From Bugula neritina (taxonomy: Eukaryota; Animalia; Bryozoa): a stretch of DNA of 64,000 bases. Position 1 is the first letter of the stretch; each line of letters opens with the position of its first letter. This document shows, piece by piece, positions 11,501 through 21,901 of the stretch. The stretch is from contig OZ037773.1 of the NCBI GenBank assembly GCA_964035545.1, positions 5,609,751 to 5,673,750 on the forward strand, written 5' to 3'. Both the position numbers and the translations under genes were made by a program. The notes beneath the pieces are model-generated. The model was not told the DNA's origin. It searched no databases and worked only from the letters and a program-made list of their open reading frames with translations.

Positions 11501-14169
11501 CTTACAGAATCTCTAGTTACTTTGTTTCCTATCAGATATGATGTGTTTGTATTTTATCCATTTAGTATTTTTGACATTGTAGGTTGTCTTCTCAGTATTG
11601 CAATATAAAACTTTAAGGGCTCTTTCAATTTTCCTACTTGTAATGGTTTATTCTTGAATTTAGAAGTTTAATTTCAGGGTGATGCACTCAACCCCTCAAA
11701 CTTTGCATGGCCGTCAATGCGTTCAATAATAACCCTCTTTTCATCACAAAAAATTAGTTCTCGGTTTATTTTATGCTCAGTATTTTATTTTTTAACTTAT
11801 GGTTTTTTTCGTAATTCGTTTATTGACAGTGGAATATGAATATACCGGCTCTACTTTGTGAACTGTTTTATTGCTAAGCTTTTGTTTGAACTCTTAGGGG
11901 TGTACAACTTACATAACAGTTTAATTTATTTCCCTCAACCTAAATTTATACATGTGCGACTTTGAAAGAGCCCTTATTTTTAGAAGATTGTAATGTTTGA
12001 TACATATGTTATACCTGTCATCGCTACAGCAGCTACAATATTAACTGCAATACTATTTTTATTTATCATGCCACTCACTACAACCAATTCAGTATCAAAT
12101 ACACTATGAACAGTATTCTGCTTATCCACTACGTCATCTACAAAAATATTACATAATATACTGCCTAATATACTACATAATATACTATATAATATACTGC
12201 ATAATATACTGCATAATATACTATATAATATACTGCATAATATACTATATAATATACTGCATAGTATACTATATAATATACTGCATAATATACTATATAA
12301 TATACTGCATAGTATACTATATAATATACTGCATAGTATGCTATATAATATACTGCATAATATACTGCATAGTATACTATATAATATACTGCACAGTATA
12401 CTACATAATATGCTACATAATATACTATATAATATGCTACATAATATGCTACATAATATGCTACATGATTCACAGCACGATGAAGAAGGTATGGTAGACA
12501 GTTGCACGCCATTTACTGATAACGGTTCACCGAATGGTAACTTCATCATGTTTGCCAGTGCTACTACTGGCGCCAAGTCTAACAACGATGACTTTTCACC
12601 CTGCAGTCTTGACAGCATCGCCCTCGTCCTCCAGGCGGTTGTCAACGGCGACGGATCAAAGACCAACTGCTTCAAAGGCAAGCCATGCTATCTCTAGTGC
12701 AGTCTCCAGACCTCTTGGTGTAGGATGGTGGATAGTTTGAAACAGTCTTAGGTTTCTGTAAAGGAATAATTTAGAATGTTATAATATTGCATAGACATTT
12801 GACAATGTCTATTTCAAACCATCACGATCCGCAAATCCAAATTTACTGAATAATTAGGAAAAACCATAGAACATCAAGCAAAATTAAAAAGAACTTTGAT
12901 TATTTTGTTGTATTTGTTAATATTTCACTAGTTTAGGGCAAAACCCGAATACATTAGCAGCTAGATTAAGAAAATTCGCTAAAAACTAGAGATCTTGAGT
13001 GTGTACTAACTTAAGTAAAATGATCCATATGGAAACCTTCTTGCACGCACTTATAACAAATGACAAAGAGATGCCCACCTGTGTGTTACAGAGAATGGAG
13101 GGGCGTGGTGTGGCAATCAGATCATGGAGACAGACAGTGAAGGGCAAGAGCAGTGTGACTGTGGTTATAAGAAAGACTGCATTGACGGTGACCTTGATTG
13201 CTGCCGCTGCTGTTACGGACAATTTGAAGGCAATGATAACCCAAATGCTTGCACTCTAAAACCAAGTACGTTTCTACATCTCTCCCACATGATTGGTTGA
13301 TTAGTTAATAGGGATTGTGGGTAAATATCTGGAAACTTTAACTTTGGAGAATGTGGGATGAATATCAGGTTCTGGTAGATCTGGTATATGAAGCTCACTT
13401 TGTTATAGTAGGGGACTAGGAAATAAAGTTCAAGCTTTACTCTTCTATCAGTTTTACTGTAAATACTATTTATTCAGGTCGAAAAGCATGAGATTTTGTT
13501 GCAATGAAACAGCCTCACTATTTTGTCGAACAAAATTATCAATTCTCAATTATGAAAGCGTGAGGAGAGTAAAGAAAATTTATATATTTATTCTGGATAT
13601 GACTATAACTTAGCAATTTTATTATCGAAAAGAGTTTGAAATGGAATTGAAACAAATGAATTACATTGAAGTTTACAAGAACATCATTGTTGAGTTCTGG
13701 TGTGTTTAGACACCACGTGTGACCCTTCTCAAGGACCTTGCTGCAGTGCCAGCTGTGGTTATAAAGATGATTTGGTAATGTGCAGACCGCCAGGAGAGTG
13801 TACTCTGGCGGCTAATTGTACCGGCGGGTCACACACCTGCCCCGCCTCTCTCCCTGATGAGGATGAGAAACTGTGTAATGGTGATACTCAGATATGTAGG
13901 TCTGGGGTGAGTTTAAAGCAGAGCAGCAGTAGTAGTAGTAGTGGCAGTGGCAGTGCTATTAGTAGTGGCAGTGGTCGTGGCAGTGCTATTAGTAGTGGTA
14001 GTAGTAGTGGTAGTGGTCGTAGTGGTAGTAGTAATAGTAGTGGTAGTGATAGTAGTAGTGGTAGTAGTAGTAGTGGTAGTGGTCGTAGTGGTAGTAGTAG
14101 TGGTAGTGATAGTAGTAGTAGTAGTAGTAGTAGTCGTGGCAGTGCCATTAGTCGTGGTAGTAGTAGTAA

Positions 14170-14217
<48 letters not shown>

Positions 14218-17200
14218 TAAATAACCGTAGTTTTGCATGCATTTGCTGTCACCGTGTCATTCGCTCATTCTGCAGATGTGTAACGAGTCCATCTGTACTC
14301 TCATCCCCAACTCAAAAGGCGGAACATGGTTTGAGTGTGAGCCAGAGCCGGATGTTAATGACCCGACCATCCTCTGCTATGTCGCCTGCACGCCTGATAA
14401 TAAAACCTGCCACTCGTCTGCTCATGTTGGCAAATCAGATTTCCCTCCAGAGTTCAAGATTCTTCTCGACAATAAACATGGCGGAACTAAGATTAGCATG
14501 CCGGCCGGTAATAGCTCTGAAATTCCGTAAAACACGTTTAATTAGTTTCTTTAATTACGTTGTGTAATTGCACTGTGTTGCTGATATACATGGCATTTGA
14601 TTTACAATAAGAGCAAAGGAAGAGCAGACGTTGGTATTTTGTTTACTTCCTTTTCCTTTCTGCTCTCATTACCTACAATATACTCTGTTCAGGTCATATC
14701 TGTGACAAGGACAAGGGCTTCTGTGACCACTTCCAGAAGTGCCGACAGATAAACGCCCAAGGTCCACTGGCTCGTCTCAAGAACCTCTTATTTAGCGCCA
14801 CCACCCTCCAGCTGATCAAAGATTGGGTTACCGTAAGTTTGTCTCACGTCCCTGACTAGATATCTGCAGCGTTTACTTATTATGATGTCACTGTTGAACG
14901 TGTACGTCTTCTGCAGTAGACATCTTTAAGAAATTTTATTTATTACTTTCTAGCTCATCTCAGCTTTTGCTACATATTGTTTGTCATCGCTATGGTAACA
15001 AGCTGTGATGTCACTTCCCCTTACAGGTGTACTGGTGGGCTGTAGCTCTCTCCATACTGGGATTTATAGGGCTGATGGCCCTCTTTGTCAAGTGCTGCGC
15101 CGTTCATACTCCCAGCTCCAATCCAAAGAAGCCTCCAGCAAGAAAGCTCACTCAAACGCTGACGTTGAGACGTAGGCAGCAGGCTCACAACGCTGCCAAT
15201 AGAGACCACGCTACGCACGTATGTTCTAGAATATTTCCCATATAGTATATCCTCAGTGTTCTATGCATTTTCTAAACTTTGAAAATACTTTTCTAAAAAT
15301 TTAGGCTTCTGTTTTTTTCTTGGAATGCGAATGTGTTTTTCTTAAGTGAAGTTTTGCTATGATAATGAACTGCATGTGCGTCTGTGTCTACACTCAGCCA
15401 TACTAGGCCAGTTGGCACGAGTCTACGTGTGCAGTGATACCAATATGATTTCTGTAAGACTTGCTTCTGGCTATACAACTCTTATGAGCTTCTCTCTTAG
15501 CGTTTCTACAGAAGGTTTTAACCACTTTCTAAAACTTGTGCTGCTCTATTTCTGATACTTTATCTGCACATATAATATGGAGATGCACTGATGATATTTT
15601 CCACTTTTCTCTTTTAGGAGCCGCTATCTGCTAACACTTTCATTTAGGTATTAAATCATTTAAGTTTTCTGTATTATGGATCCCAGCCTTATTATAACAG
15701 GCAGCAACTCTAAGGCTATAATCTAACATTCTAGGTAGTCGGGTTGAGAACTTCTGGTTCTAATGCTAACTTCCTGAAGCTTGAGCTGCCCATATACTTC
15801 TATTTGGGCAGCTTTTGGATTGATAGATTCATCCGTTGCAGATAATTAATTAGGGAGACGATAAAAGCAGCACTGGGTTTGGGGTGACTGAGTACAGTAT
15901 TTGTATACGTATCGTTGTCCAAACTTGAGAGCCCTTACCACTGCACTCGGGGACCACCAACTCAGTGCTGCTTCTAGCTATTATCCATCAGTTGCTAGTT
16001 TAGACTCTGCTTCCTAACAAAGTTTTGATATTAGTAGGGGTGGCGGCTGCCCCTTCCTTCTAACAGGTGTCAGTCAGTAGTAGTGCCTTTCTGTTGGGGA
16101 TTTGTTTTATGCTTTGATGTTGGTTTGTGCCACAGATCTTTGAAGAAATTTTCTTTCAAGTTTAAATTATTTCATAGTTGGACTCCATTCCTTTTTTTTG
16201 CACTTATACACTATTCTTACAGGCCTTGAAATTTCATTTCTTGGTCAATTCTATCAATTCATTAAGAAAAGTTCTTTAAAAGCCCACTAACCACTTTTAA
16301 GCACAGAGTTTTCTTTTATACTTTTTATAGTCTAAAAATAAAAATGTAATTACTTTCAATGAAAGTTTAAATTTAGCTTTTCTGTATTTTATTTTGACTT
16401 TTTTGGGATTAGGAGTTGCTACCCCTAGAAGTAAAGCGTCCCGAGGTAACGCCTGGGTGATAAAACTTACTGTGAGCTTTCAGTACCGTGTGTTAACCTC
16501 TTCCTATGTACTGAATGTCTTCTTTCGTATTTCTATCCTTCATCTTGTGTATAATTTCTGTGGCTCAGCAGCTTTGTGGGAATATTTTTGATGAATAATG
16601 TATAATTTCTAGTAGAAAATTTTAACACTATAGACTGCCTTACACTTATAACAAATCGTTTGTTAATGGCATTGTCTCCCCTTGTGTGTCATTTCTTCTC
16701 ATGGGAAATAACGTTATTATAAATTTGTCTGTAAATTTCTTTCTGCAAGCCTATTAACAGTACAGTATTCGTACTTTGATTAGTAATTGTCTTTTTACCA
16801 AGTCTTACCCTAGTTTTCACCATTGAACTAATTTTCAATAACTCCATTAATTTTATTAATAGTATTTAGTTATGCTATGCTTTGAAGAAGTGGCTTATTT
16901 ATAATAAATATTTCAATATTCTCCATTGAAAAGTCTTCTCTGAAAATATTCTCACACCTTCTACCTTGTGACTGAACAGTTGAACTATTTTTGTTTATAG
17001 AAAGTATTGGATATGATATTTTTAAATGTAGATATTTACTGGTGCTTATTTAACTCTTGTTCTCTGTGCTGTTAATTTACTCCGTTCACATTTTGATGGG
17101 TTTTGTCTGACCAGAGTCTGAAATGTTTCAGATATATCCTCCTCCTGCAACATCCAACAGACCCCTTACCGAGGCGTCTAATCACCCACCCGCATACAGC

Positions 17201-17335
17201 GATATTATAACTGAGGAACCCCCACGCTCTAGTAGAAGTGCGCAATCTAACCAACCAAGGCCACAGAGCAGAGAGCAGCGACAGCAGCAGTTTGAGATGC
17301 AGCAGCAAAAGTTAAAAAGAGGCAATCGTCGCTGA
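2581..17335 (+). CDS. ADAM10: ADAM10/Kuzbanian disintegrin-metalloprotease (5' exon missing). Exons: 2581-2719, 2912-3030, 4235-4427, 6048-6144, 6617-6790, 7512-7661, 8629-8821, [9502-9671 OR 10517-10683], 12476-12677, 13092-13265, 13710-13906, 14276-14507, 14693-14832, 15027-15218, 17132-17335
   Basis: The phase-consistent spliced translation gives ADAM10 hallmarks. Prodomain [13 protein letters not shown]...HSVIYHD, cysteine switch SCG, furin site [27 protein letters not shown], SLNTGIxT, TFAHExGHNFGAxHD, Met-turn [19 protein letters not shown]. Disintegrin [18 protein letters not shown], Cys-rich [39 protein letters not shown], tail [14 protein letters not shown]. Confidence 0.95.
4523..5016. 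repeat. 25-bp minisatellite (tatatctgccagtgtgtgtcacagg)
   Basis: Direct tandem copies; the source of the spurious Cys/Val-rich ORFs. Confidence 0.95.
5646..5956. mobile_element. MITE-like element with ~60-bp imperfect inverted ends
   Basis: acacacttt...aaatgtcagccattttta near 5660-5706 is mirrored by taaaaatggctgacattt...aaagtgtgt near 5892-5941. Confidence 0.65.
6988..7168. repeat. 20-bp minisatellite (cttcactacagcttcaacat)
   Basis: About 9 tandem copies. Confidence 0.93.
7793..8270. repeat. 29-bp minisatellite (ctaccaactgtatatacatacatacttac)
   Basis: About 16 tandem copies. Confidence 0.95.
9502..9671 (+). CDS. ADAM10: ADAM10 catalytic exon, variant A (170 nt): [57 protein letters not shown]
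   Basis: Acceptor tttcag, donor gtgagt, phase 1 to 0, open frame, HEIGHNFG zinc motif. Confidence 0.93.
10517..10683 (+). CDS. ADAM10: ADAM10 catalytic exon, variant B (167 nt): [56 protein letters not shown]
   Basis: Acceptor ttctgtag with TACTAAC branch-point consensus at 10467-10473, donor gtaata, phase 1 to 0, open frame, HELGHNFG motif. It is absent from the ORF track. Confidence 0.92.
12152..12466. repeat. 12-bp minisatellite (ataatatactry)
   Basis: About 26 copies ending just upstream of the acceptor at 12475. Confidence 0.93.
13927..14219. repeat. (AGT)n-based degenerate microsatellite filling most of an ADAM10 intron
   Basis: Lies between the donor at 13907 and the acceptor at 14275. 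Confidence 0.95.
15865..15974. mobile_element. Short palindromic MITE family copy (AAGCAGCAC..GTGACTGAGT...ACTC.G..ACC..GTGCTGCTT)
   Basis: Self-complementary ends; homologous copies at ~2768-2812 (partial), 24526-24649, 28453-28575 and 33981-34122. Confidence 0.7.
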
Positions 17336-18587
17336 CTTGCTCGCTCATAGTTATATATGAACAGTAATGTGTATATATAAATACGGTGACAGTCTAGGTT
17401 ATATAAATATTTTATTTAGTACGTCAAAGGCATACCAATCCATGCACCACGCTCTTCTAATACTCTTGATTTATACAAAGGTTACATGTTTTAGGAGTTG
17501 TTTTCTCGCACCAAATCATTTTCATACGATATTCCGATAGAATTACAGTGATATAAATACTTTTCTCCTCCTGATTTTCTGTAATGATCAATGAGAGTGC
17601 AGTAAGAGTGACTGTTATTTGACTATCACGGCGTGTTTCAACAGTTTTTAGTCATTTAGGGATCACCGTGAGTGGAAAAATCTCAAATCACAACCCCACA
17701 GCGTGGCTTTACTGAAAAATTCATGTCAAGTAACAAGAATATTTGGTTAAAATGTTTAGTGAAGATGACAATAATGTTTATTATGACTCATGTGATATCT
17801 CGAGGTAATGGAACCCGAATTGTGTATCGAATTTTAGTCACTTTGGTTATGCAGCACTGATCACGGAAAACTGTCTTGCAGTACATTTATCCAGGAAAGG
17901 CTAATAGATTGATTTTATTTATAGATTTACTTAGTATAAATGAAAGTTGGGTCGTGCTTTAGCTCATTTTAGGTACATAACTTCTATTCAAAGTTCTTGA
18001 TCTAATTAGATCTTAGGCTGAATAGAGCTTCGTTTTTGACATAGCGGAAAAGCGAACCAAAGTTCTACTGTTTTAGAATAAGTTTATAATCTTAATGTGA
18101 TTGCTCAATACTTCATGTTAATGCAAACAACTCATTGGTTCGCCACTACTTGCCTTCTGGTCTTATTATCTTTTTTCTCAAAAAGTTTGTTAAAAAATTC
18201 ATATTTTGATATCTTTTCCAACATCGTGCTTGACTGAGGCGAGTGAGCCATCTATATTAATGTTATTTGATTATGTTATGTTATTGTATTTTTAGCTATT
18301 TGTCATATTTTTATTGCTACAAATTTTAAAATCAATGTTATTAAAAATTTATAATTGGTAACATATTTTTGTTAAATAAATAGTTCTATTGAAAAATGTT
18401 TGTCTTCTGTAAACTAATTGCATTAAGGCTGCATCACTCTTCATTATTGTTCAAGAATAATGTTCATATTTACAAACTATAAGCAAGCAACAACAAATGT
18501 CGTCAGTAACTGTTGCATGGAGTCGTTGCCGCTTTGCTGACTTTCTCGGGCGCTGACTTCCAACTTTGAGAAGTCTGTCTCAAGTTA

Positions 18588-21500
18588 TCAAGTCTCCTCG
18601 ATGTCTACTATTGTCATATCATCTGGTTTCTTTTCATTTGTTGAACTGTTTGCCAAAATAAATAGAGGGCTTTGATTCGCCGATTTTGGTGTGGTGGCAG
18701 CTATGGAATGTCTGGTTTGTGGAAGTAGGGAAAACTTGCTCTCTTTAGGAGTTGTTGGCTCATCAGTTTCAGCAATGGACAGATTTCTCTCGAGCTGTGA
18801 CCTGTATTGTAGGAACTTGGTGAAAGATAAACATCACAACGAGGGCCAATACTGCAATGATTATACAGATTTTATACAAATAGGAAAAAACTGCCTATAC
18901 TACATACATGTACTAAAATGGCTGAAATAAATTGAAACAATTAAAAGCATAACATATTATATTTAATACTTGTATGCTTATTCCAACAGGGCATGGAAAC
19001 TGCTTACTTTGTTTATAATAAGCCTGCAACAGCTATATCTGAAACCCATTTTTTAGTAAAATTGATTTTTACAGACTTCCTAGCTTAACCTTAAGGTTTT
19101 CAACTGGTATGTATAACACTACAAGGCGTTTTGATACTTTACAGAAACTACAGTAACACATGCAGTAAATTCATGAATTAATAAAATATATGCATGTTTC
19201 AATGTCTTGAAACATGCTACTCACAAAGGCAACATTTGCTATAAACTTACGTTAGAGCTGTTCAGTTTTCAGTCACTATACAGTTTGTTAACCAGAAGTT
19301 TTGCGATTCAAGCATAGTTTTATGAAATAAAAATTGGAAAATAGGAAACATTCATTGTCAAAAAATTAGTTTTAAAAAAGCTTGCTTTATTATAATATGT
19401 TTATCTTTAACCCACTTCCTCATAAATAAAGCTCAGCTTACGATATATTATCTAATTGAGAGTTTGAACCAAAGGCTCTGGAAACTTTCCGTCTTTCTCT
19501 GTAATGTCTCGCCAACATCCCCATGGCCACCGAAGCTAAGTTCTGGTAGGTTTTGCGAGTTTCCTCGCTGGCTTGTGCTGGTGCATCAACAATTGATGAC
19601 TTCCTCCGTATACTGGCTGGCTTCCCATCCTGGAAGTTATCTATGGTATCTGCAATATCACATACAACTATAGCCTTAATCAGATTGCTTGTATGTAAAT
19701 GTGTAAATGTAATGCACCAGTCAAATCTAGTAGTGCAATAACTCAATATAAATAACAGTATAATTCCTATCCAAGGTCTAACCATGCATCTCCAGAATAT
19801 AGTGGTAATGGTCACAACAATTCACTATAACTTCTAGATAGTGCAACAAAGAAGTGATAATGCTTTGCAATGCTTATAACTATAGAGACAGGCTGACTAG
19901 CAAACTACACACAAATTATTCAAGGCTCTGTTATTGATTCTCACTTTAGGCACAACATTTTAGCCAATTTATATTTGAAAGCTTATCACTCTGATCTGGT
20001 GTACTAAAGCTGTGTTAGTGAATAAACAATGTCAGACATAAAGCTCTAGGTTCATGACAATGATTCTGAAAACAACATGGCCATGCTAGGCATTCAATTG
20101 TTATTTGAAATTTGTATTTTTAGTTATATAAATGAAGGCGGAAGCTAAATCAGGTTAGTAATGGCAGGTTTGATATAGTTTAGCACCACATTTTGCACCC
20201 ATGGAAACACAACTAGTCAATCTACTGCTGCTACTGCTTTGTAAAAATTTAAAAGTTGAATTCATAATTATTTGCAGCTATACGTTTAATCATGATATAG
20301 CTTTACATACTATGGAATATCGTTTATGCTGTAAAAAAATCTAGACAACAAATTTCTAAAAGAAAGTATAATAGTTTATTCAAAAAATGCCGTAGAATAA
20401 TAACTTAATTATAAGTTTTAAGTTTACAACCAACTGCCAGTTTAATTCTACCACTCTTTTTAAATTTGATTAAGATTTCAGGTATTATTGTCACATTTCC
20501 TGTTGCTATATAAATTGGTGTAGATTGCATAATTTCTGATACTATTAAAGTGAAATCAAAGCAAACCACATTGCTATATATATGTTGTTACCACTGTCAT
20601 TTGAGCAATACGACATGCCATACTATATAATATAAGTAGAAAAAGTATATACTGTGTAATATGATTAAAAATATGATCCTACTCACATATGCTATTCTCC
20701 CTGGATGACTCCAAAATTAACTCTCGAACCTTGTACTGCCAAAACGCAGCAATTTCTTGATTTCTAAAGAATGCAGGCAAATGACTGGTTGATCAAAGGT
20801 TGCCATTGCAAAAAGGAAGTGTTTTTAAATTTAAAAATATATTTAATCTGCTTTGTGCAAACCTAGAAAGAACTTTTCCTGGTTTTGCAGAGTTTGAGAC
20901 TTGCAGATATTCCTTGTAGTGGTCAAAAGAAAGACTTGGTGTAGCTTGTGGCTGGCGGGAATCTAAGGAATACAGGCTAAATTTTACAGGAAGTTTGGCT
21001 ACATATTATTCTTTACAATTAATAACAGATACACAAAAGTGCCCTATGCATTATAAAGCGTTGTATAGCAATACTGAAGAATAGTAAATGGGGTTCATAA
21101 AAATTATAATATATCATTCTTAATCAGTGGTGGTCAAGGATTGGAGAAAATGGTGGGGGTGCTGCAAGCGTGTCCCTTAACTGTGAGCACTGTTCATATA
21201 AGTAGAGAACAGTCTATAAAAGTCATGACAATTCAACAATATTGCAAAGAATTTTTTTTTTAAATACCATAGCCCACTAAAATTCAATAAGACCTAATTT
21301 TATTGTTTGGGGAAGAACACTACAACTTTATTGTATAAAAACACTCTGTTGAAGTTTATTTTATGTAATTGAATTCTAAAAATTGTGATATATAAGTTGT
21401 ATAGCTTATATAAATAATGTCAAATCTAATGGCTTCAATGCCCAAGCAATCATATCATTGCTTGCAAGTCATGCAAAAGATATTCAACATTCTTGTTAAA

Positions 21501-21901
21501 TAGAAGCAACCATCATATGTGTGCACAACTCAAATTTGGAAAAAAGAAGCAAGTACAGCAAATAAATGTGTTGCCATCAGCTGTCCACGAATGAAACCTA
21601 CTCATAACAAACCTTGGTGCTCTGTTAAGACTTTTTTCATCTTTTGCTCTTTCCAAAATATGTCTCGGTTGCTCGGCAAATAGAATGAGTGTTTTTTCAA
21701 GTAATTTTTCAAAGAGATGGAAGGTTTCTTCGCACGAGTGCCTTTAGGCTTTGTCAACTTTGTTTTTGGTTTCGGTTTTAAAGGTTGAATATTCTTGCCA
21801 GGGCCAGCCTTTGTAGTGCAGCAGCTTATTGGAGAGACAAAGTTAAATCCTTTTATTGCACTGGAATAGAATGTGCTGGAATTATTATACCAGGCATGCA
21901 T
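18588..21901 (-). CDS. Uncharacterised protein of about 295 aa, Lys/Ser-rich. Exons on minus: 21901-21613, 20962-20863, 20763-20687, 19649-19442, 18801-18588
   Basis: Five GT-AG bounded segments join in consistent phase into one open frame: ...KVLTEHQ|DSRQPQATPSLSFDHYKEYLQ...VLS|RNQEIAAFWQYKVRELILESSRENSI|YTIDNFQDG...NI|SSQLERNLS...DIEET*. The start codon is uncertain and I recognise no domain. Confidence 0.7.

Noticed and set aside
10684-12475. A third HExxH exon variant
   Set aside because: I searched by eye for SLNTG/HExGH coding sequence and found none.
11980-12681. 233-aa minus-strand ORF (SILC/SILY repeats)
   Set aside because: Antisense of an ADAM10 exon plus the 12-bp repeat.
13888-14275. 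Poly-Ser/Val/Leu/Thr ORFs
   Set aside because: An (AGT)n microsatellite inside a GT-AG intron (13907-14275).
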